DNA of 64,000 nucleotides from sequence record SRR31156797_5325; one strand, 5' to 3'. Shown piece by piece: positions 59,176 to 64,000 of this stretch (position 1 is its first letter; each line of letters starts with the position of its first letter). The notes under the pieces were generated by a model. It saw only the letters and a program-made list of their open reading frames with translations, ran no database searches and was not told where the DNA came from. The position numbers and the translations under genes were made by a program.

Positions 59176-60861
59176 TTGAGTTGTATGTGGAAAGATGTCA
59201 TTGCACTCACGGATGATAAAACTCGTGTAGTTGCCAAATTAGCAAGTGAACAGTTTGTAAAGAAAGAATATACCCGTGAGGGGTTAGTCAAAGCTCTTCA
59301 GGATCTTGATGCAAGCAAGCTTTGTCTTCTTGAAGATGAGATGAATCGCTTTGTTAATTGTGCGACTGAAGGCAAAGGTGAGGCTGTCAAAGGCATTACT
59401 ATCGCTGAGCTCAGAAATGCTTCTTTAGACGTAACGCTGAGTGACAATGATATGGTGGCTAATATGACAGTCACCGGAGCCTATGGTGGAAGAGGCTTGA
59501 AGGGTACTGAAATAATTCAGGCTCTCGCCGAAGCTGGAGTGGTAAAAGGTATCGATAAACAAGCGCTTAAAAAAGTGTTTGTTATGAGTAACAAGCTATC
59601 GGGAGGAGAAACTTTCACTCAAGCTGTTGCTCAAGGAAAATCTGCTTTAGATGGTAAAGATGCCAAGTTTTTGCCTCTAGTTGAAGATGTGAATAAGCGA
59701 GTGCTTGCGCCGAAAGATTCGGATCGAAAACAAGATAAAATCGATATGCGCGATTTAGGTGAAACTATCACCGTCAGTGAGAACGATCCGGTCATGCGTC
59801 GTCAACCTGCTACCAAAGGTGAAGCTGGCTACACGGTTCAGGGCAAAATCATTCCGCCTAAACCAGGAACCGATGCTCAACTGGTTGCGGGAAAAGGAAC
59901 ACACATTAGCTCTTCCAACCCCAACCTTCTGCTTGCCTCTATTCCAGGCATGCCGGTATTCCGTAATAAAACCATCGATGTAGAAAGTGCGATTTGTCTG
60001 AATAACGTCAGTGTCGCGACTGGGCACGTGAAGTTTAAAGGCAATGTTGTTATTACCGGTGATGTTGAGCCGGGTATGATTGTAAGAGCCACTGGCTCAA
60101 TTACTGTTGGTGGTTTTATCGAATCAGCAGATGTACAAGCACAAGGTAACATTGACGTTGGCAAAGGTATTATTGGTCACACGTCGACGGAAGGCGAAGA
60201 GAGGTCTTGTACGGTTAAGTCCGGCAGCACCATTACTGCCAATTACGCTCAATATGCTGAGTTGCAGGCTGGGGAAGATATTGTTATTGCGGTTCACTGT
60301 ATGGGCAATACCCTTCGTTGTGGACGGGATTTAACGGTTCTTGATGCTCAGGAAAAGCAAGGTACGCTCAGTGGTGGAGTTGCCCAAGTGGGCGGGAAAG
60401 TGGTTTGTCTCAATCTCGGTGTTGAGGGAGATACCCCGACAATCGTGGAAGCTTTTGCCTGTTTTGGTCGCTTTAAAGAACGAATTGCAAGTTACAAAGA
60501 TCAATACAAATTGGCACAAGAAGATACGATGAGTGCTATTCGTCGTGAACTTGAATTTAAGAAACGGCCGAAAGCTGAAAGGACGGAAGAAGAAGAGCAA
60601 GAGATCGATCAGAAGAAAGATGCTGCCAATGAACGATTAGAAAAAGTGAAATCGGCAGTCGAAGCGCTAAATAAAGAATTTGAAGTTGCTCTTGAGTCAA
60701 ATACGATCGATGTGAAAGGCAAAGTGTTCACCCATGTTACTGTTCAGTATGGTGATGAGAAAGTCACAACTAAGCGAGTGAGAGGCCCATCGCTGTTTTC
60801 ATTTAATCAGTACGAAATTGATGTTTCTTCTAAATTTGAAGATGAAGACGTAGGGGTTTAA
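59176..60861 (+). CDS. DUF342 / FapA-like protein
   Basis: About 560 aa (ATG at 59185 is the likelier start); IDMRDLG, VSVATGHVKFKGNVVITGDV beta-helix repeats, C-terminal coiled coil. Confidence 0.8.
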   Translation: MSCMWKDVIALTDDKTRVVAKLASEQFVKKEYTREGLVKALQDLDASKLCLLEDEMNRFVNCATEGKGEAVKGITIAELRNASLDVTLSDNDMVANMTVTGAYGGRGLKGTEIIQALAEAGVVKGIDKQALKKVFVMSNKLSGGETFTQAVAQGKSALDGKDAKFLPLVEDVNKRVLAPKDSDRKQDKIDMRDLGETITVSENDPVMRRQPATKGEAGYTVQGKIIPPKPGTDAQLVAGKGTHISSSNPNLLLASIPGMPVFRNKTIDVESAICLNNVSVATGHVKFKGNVVITGDVEPGMIVRATGSITVGGFIESADVQAQGNIDVGKGIIGHTSTEGEERSCTVKSGSTITANYAQYAELQAGEDIVIAVHCMGNTLRCGRDLTVLDAQEKQGTLSGGVAQVGGKVVCLNLGVEGDTPTIVEAFACFGRFKERIASYKDQYKLAQEDTMSAIRRELEFKKRPKAERTEEEEQEIDQKKDAANERLEKVKSAVEALNKEFEVALESNTIDVKGKVFTHVTVQYGDEKVTTKRVRGPSLFSFNQYEIDVSSKFEDEDVGV

Positions 60862-60873
60862 ACCGCTAGGAAT

Positions 60874-60903
60874 AAAAATGGGGAGCGTTATGCTCCCCGT
60901 TTT
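60874..60903. terminator. Bidirectional terminator
   Basis: AAAAATGGGGAGC-gttat-GCTCCCCGTTTT. Confidence 0.8.
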
Positions 60904-60905
60904 GT

Positions 60906-63020
60906 TTATTGAACAGCCCTAACTTTACCCTGTTTCAAATCATTCAGTACCATAGCTTTAGGACCGTCTGCGATGATGGTTCCTTTTTCCATGACGATGA
61001 CTCGGTCAACGATATCGAGCATCGACGTTTTGTGAGTGATCAGTATTAGCGTTTCACCCGGTGTTAACTGTTTCATCTGGTTTTTAATGTGCATTTCCGA
61101 GCGGTTGTCCATAGCACTCGTCGGTTCATCCATTAACAGTACCGGAGGGCGACCTAAAATGGCTCGAGCGATTGAAACCGCCTGACGTTGACCACCAGAC
61201 AGTAGCATCCCGCCTTCACCAACTTGTCGCTCTAACCCAGCAGGGTCTTGCTGAGTAAATACCGTTACACCGGCACGATTAGCTGCATCCATCACCTCTC
61301 TATCGTCAACCAGTGGGCGACCCAAAGTAATGTTGTCGCGAATGCTACCGTAGAACAGAACACTTTCTTGCGGAACACAGCCTATATTACGTCGTATGTC
61401 GATATGGTGAAGTTGTTGGATATCAGTGTCATCGATACGGACGTGGCCTTCTGTGGGCTGATACAGGCCCATAATCAGTCTTTCTAGCGTTGTTTTGCCT
61501 GAACCTATACGACCAATTATCGCCACCTTCTCTCCAGGATTGATGGTTAAGCTTAAATCGCGAATCGAGGCGACTGGAGAGTCTGGGTAATGGAATGTGA
61601 CCCTATCAAGTTCGATTTTTCCTTGAATCATTGGGCGATGAATATAGCGCTTACCTTCTTCTTGTTCATCCGGCATTTGCATCACTTGTTCTATGATTTT
61701 CAATGACGATTTTGCCTGGTTGTAACGAGTAGAAAGCAATGACAATTGAACCATTGGCGCAATGGCTCTGCCGCTCAACATGGTGGCAGCAATCAATCCA
61801 CCCATCGTAAGGTTACCTTCGGAGATCAAATAAACCCCCAAGATGATCATCCCTACGCTCGATGCTTGCTGAACTAACCCGGCGGTACTTTGAATGCCAT
61901 CGGTAATACGGCGGCTTTTAATGTTCCAGTTGGCCATATGCGCAACGGCTTCTTCCCAGCGATACTGAAATTGGCTTTGAGCTCCGAACAGCTTAACGGT
62001 TTCTAATCCCGCTAGGCTTTCGATCAAGTTGGCATATTTCTGTGATGCCAGACGAGACCCCTCTTCAATGGCTCTGCGTAATGGAGCTTGAATGAGTAAG
62101 GAATACACCACAAGAATCAGCACACCAGCAATGGGTACGAACACTAAATCCCCAGCCATCAACCAGATGATGACCAAAAATAGGATGGCGAATGGCAAAT
62201 CGATCAGTGATGAAATTGTTGCAGAGGTAAAGAACTCGCGAATTGATTCGAACTCTTGTAAGTGACGCGCAAATGCTCCAACAGAAGGTGGACGAGACTC
62301 CATCCGAATACCCATCACTTTACTGAACAATTTTGATGACAATAGGATATCGGACTTTTTACCGGCTACGTCGATAAAGTAGTTCCGCAGCATTTTCAGG
62401 GTAAAGTCGAATAAAAAGATAACGAAAACACCACTAGCGAGTACCCACAATGTCTCGAAAGCTAAGTTAGGCAATACCTTATCGTATACCAGCCTGGTAA
62501 ACATCGGGGCGGCAATCGCGAATAAGTTGATGAGCAGTGAAGCTAAAACAACATCACGATAGATACGTTTAGATTGCCAAATGGTGCCCCAAAACCAGTG
62601 TCCCTCTCTGGTTTTCAGTATTTCTGGTGAGCGTTCATCATAGCGAAACTGTTTCTTCACCATGAAGTAACGGCCGATGAATCGTGCCTTCAGCTCCTCT
62701 AAAGGATAGGCGATAGGCACCATACCGGATTCAGCCGTCACGATCTCGGCTTCTTGCTTTTCTTCGTTGATGCTGTTTAGAACACACGCCTCGTTGCCTT
62801 TTAATAGCAAGACAACAGGAAATACCAACTGTGGAATGGCTTCTAACTCAGAGCGATTTTCTTTCGCAATCAATCCTGCCCGTTCCGCTGAGCGAGGGAA
62901 AAGAAAAGGGGTGAGCTTTCCATCCGTAAGGGGTAATCCGTTGATCAAAGCGTCAGGCGAGTTCGCTAAACCGTAGTAGCGACTGACATAAACCAAAGAA
63001 TTAAGTAACGTATCTTGCAT
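60906..63020 (-). CDS. lapB: Type I secretion permease/ATPase with C39-like N-domain (LapB/LssB type)
   Basis: 704 aa; N-terminal CLD, ABC TM domain, GRIGSGKTT, LSGGQRQ, DEPTS; follows a LapD-like gene. Confidence 0.8.
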   Translation of the reverse strand: MQDTLLNSLVYVSRYYGLANSPDALINGLPLTDGKLTPFLFPRSAERAGLIAKENRSELEAIPQLVFPVVLLLKGNEACVLNSINEEKQEAEIVTAESGMVPIAYPLEELKARFIGRYFMVKKQFRYDERSPEILKTREGHWFWGTIWQSKRIYRDVVLASLLINLFAIAAPMFTRLVYDKVLPNLAFETLWVLASGVFVIFLFDFTLKMLRNYFIDVAGKKSDILLSSKLFSKVMGIRMESRPPSVGAFARHLQEFESIREFFTSATISSLIDLPFAILFLVIIWLMAGDLVFVPIAGVLILVVYSLLIQAPLRRAIEEGSRLASQKYANLIESLAGLETVKLFGAQSQFQYRWEEAVAHMANWNIKSRRITDGIQSTAGLVQQASSVGMIILGVYLISEGNLTMGGLIAATMLSGRAIAPMVQLSLLSTRYNQAKSSLKIIEQVMQMPDEQEEGKRYIHRPMIQGKIELDRVTFHYPDSPVASIRDLSLTINPGEKVAIIGRIGSGKTTLERLIMGLYQPTEGHVRIDDTDIQQLHHIDIRRNIGCVPQESVLFYGSIRDNITLGRPLVDDREVMDAANRAGVTVFTQQDPAGLERQVGEGGMLLSGGQRQAVSIARAILGRPPVLLMDEPTSAMDNRSEMHIKNQMKQLTPGETLILITHKTSMLDIVDRVIVMEKGTIIADGPKAMVLNDLKQGKVRAVQ

Positions 63021-63038
63021 TACAACAAACCTTTATTC

Positions 63039-64000
63039 TTACTTATCAACGATGAAACCTTGGAACACTTCGATGAAGTGCTCAGACAACAAGTCTAACT
63101 GAGCTTGAGTTTCAACGCGTGAAGCGATGGTTTTAATTCCCAAGTTATGCGCAGTTCGAGAAATAGACGTTAGGGTGAACTTTTGCTTCTCATCATCAAG
63201 ATGATGGGTAAACAGATAGTCCAGTTTGACGTACTTCGGCCTAAACTCGTTGATGTAATCAAGAGATTGGAAGTTACGTCCGTAATTATCGACCCCAAAA
63301 TCCGCGCCAGCCGAACGCACAGCGTTACAGAACAGAGCTGTGTGGTGAGGAATGTTGATAAAACAATTTTCAGGAATTTCGAAATGCAGCTTGTCACACA
63401 CTTCTTTATGTTTGTTTAATGTCTGAGTTATCCAGCGAATAAAGCTTGGTTGTTCAATACTACTCTGAGCAATGTTGATCGCTAATGGAGCCTCAAACTC
63501 ATTCGCTTCTAATCGTTCAATCATTTTAACGATGACATACTCATCAAACTTATGGCTCGCGTTGAGTTGTTCTAATGCAAACAAATATTGGTTGGCGGTA
63601 TAACGTTCATCACCGTTTTCAATCGCAGAGAAAACTTCGCGGTGGAAAGGGTTACCCCAACTGTCGTTTGCTGCCTGAAAACGGTAGCTGAACCAATCGT
63701 TGTGCATTGCTTCTTCAACCAAGGCTTTCCACTGCTGTTTACCTTTAATGACTTGATCGGTTTCAGAAGTGATAAAGCCATAGTTCAGTTCAGCATCAGA
63801 TTTCGACTGAGCGACGGCGTTATCCAACAGAGATAGGATTTGAGTAGATGTTTTTTTAGTGCGGTTATGCACAAAGCCAAGGTAGGCTTTTTCTTGTGTC
63901 ATACCGGTTGGATCAGCACTGGTATCTTGAATACAACCGTTAATGCTTTCCGCAATGAGTTTGAGTTCTGACTCGTCCATGTTTGGCAGAATAAAGCCAA
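63039..64000 (-). CDS. lapD: LapD-like c-di-GMP receptor (C-terminal part; the gene runs off the window)
   Basis: Degenerate GGDEF/EAL (REVFS, DNYG, SRVET); the frame is open to the window end; adjacent to the T1SS ATPase. Confidence 0.7.
   Translation of the reverse strand, partial: GFILPNMDESELKLIAESINGCIQDTSADPTGMTQEKAYLGFVHNRTKKTSTQILSLLDNAVAQSKSDAELNYGFITSETDQVIKGKQQWKALVEEAMHNDWFSYRFQAANDSWGNPFHREVFSAIENGDERYTANQYLFALEQLNASHKFDEYVIVKMIERLEANEFEAPLAINIAQSSIEQPSFIRWITQTLNKHKEVCDKLHFEIPENCFINIPHHTALFCNAVRSAGADFGVDNYGRNFQSLDYINEFRPKYVKLDYLFTHHLDDEKQKFTLTSISRTAHNLGIKTIASRVETQAQLDLLSEHFIEVFQGFIVDK

Overview
This window spans the replication origin of a Vibrio chromosome 2. It contains rctB, a complete ori2 (29-mer, DUE, six 12-mer iterons, DnaA box, inc iterons, two 39-mers), parA2/parB2 and at least five parS2 sites. 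Flanking genes include malQ-malP/malT, yibL, cyoABCDE, two MCPs, yebC, tmcA, a FapA-like gene and lapB/lapD-like genes. Two accessory blocks stand out. (1) 8274-17698 is a tightly coupled 8-gene minus-strand operon: a membrane-anchored coiled-coil protein, a three-domain FtsK/SpoIIIE (EccC/EssC-like) ATPase, three WXG100/ESAT-6-like helical proteins, a long coiled-coil hairpin, a GDPD lipoprotein and a large membrane protein. This is a candidate type VII secretion-like system in a Gram-negative bacterium and the best candidate for an undescribed system. (2) About 20.7-34.9 kb is an island with AT-rich flanks. It carries a duplicated exported protein, a ToxR-like regulator and a GntR-linked catabolic operon (peptide-type ABC importer, amidase, hydroxylysine-kinase-like enzyme, PLP phospholyase-like enzyme, clostridial-type 4-hydroxybutyrate dehydrogenase) that suggests an uncharacterised amino-alcohol pathway. 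Smaller points: a PecS/PecM module with visible operators, and an Arg-to-Cys change in the conserved KRLHEYKRQ motif of MalP. No rRNA, tRNA, CRISPR array, integrase or IS was seen. All family calls come from motif recognition by eye; no searches were run.
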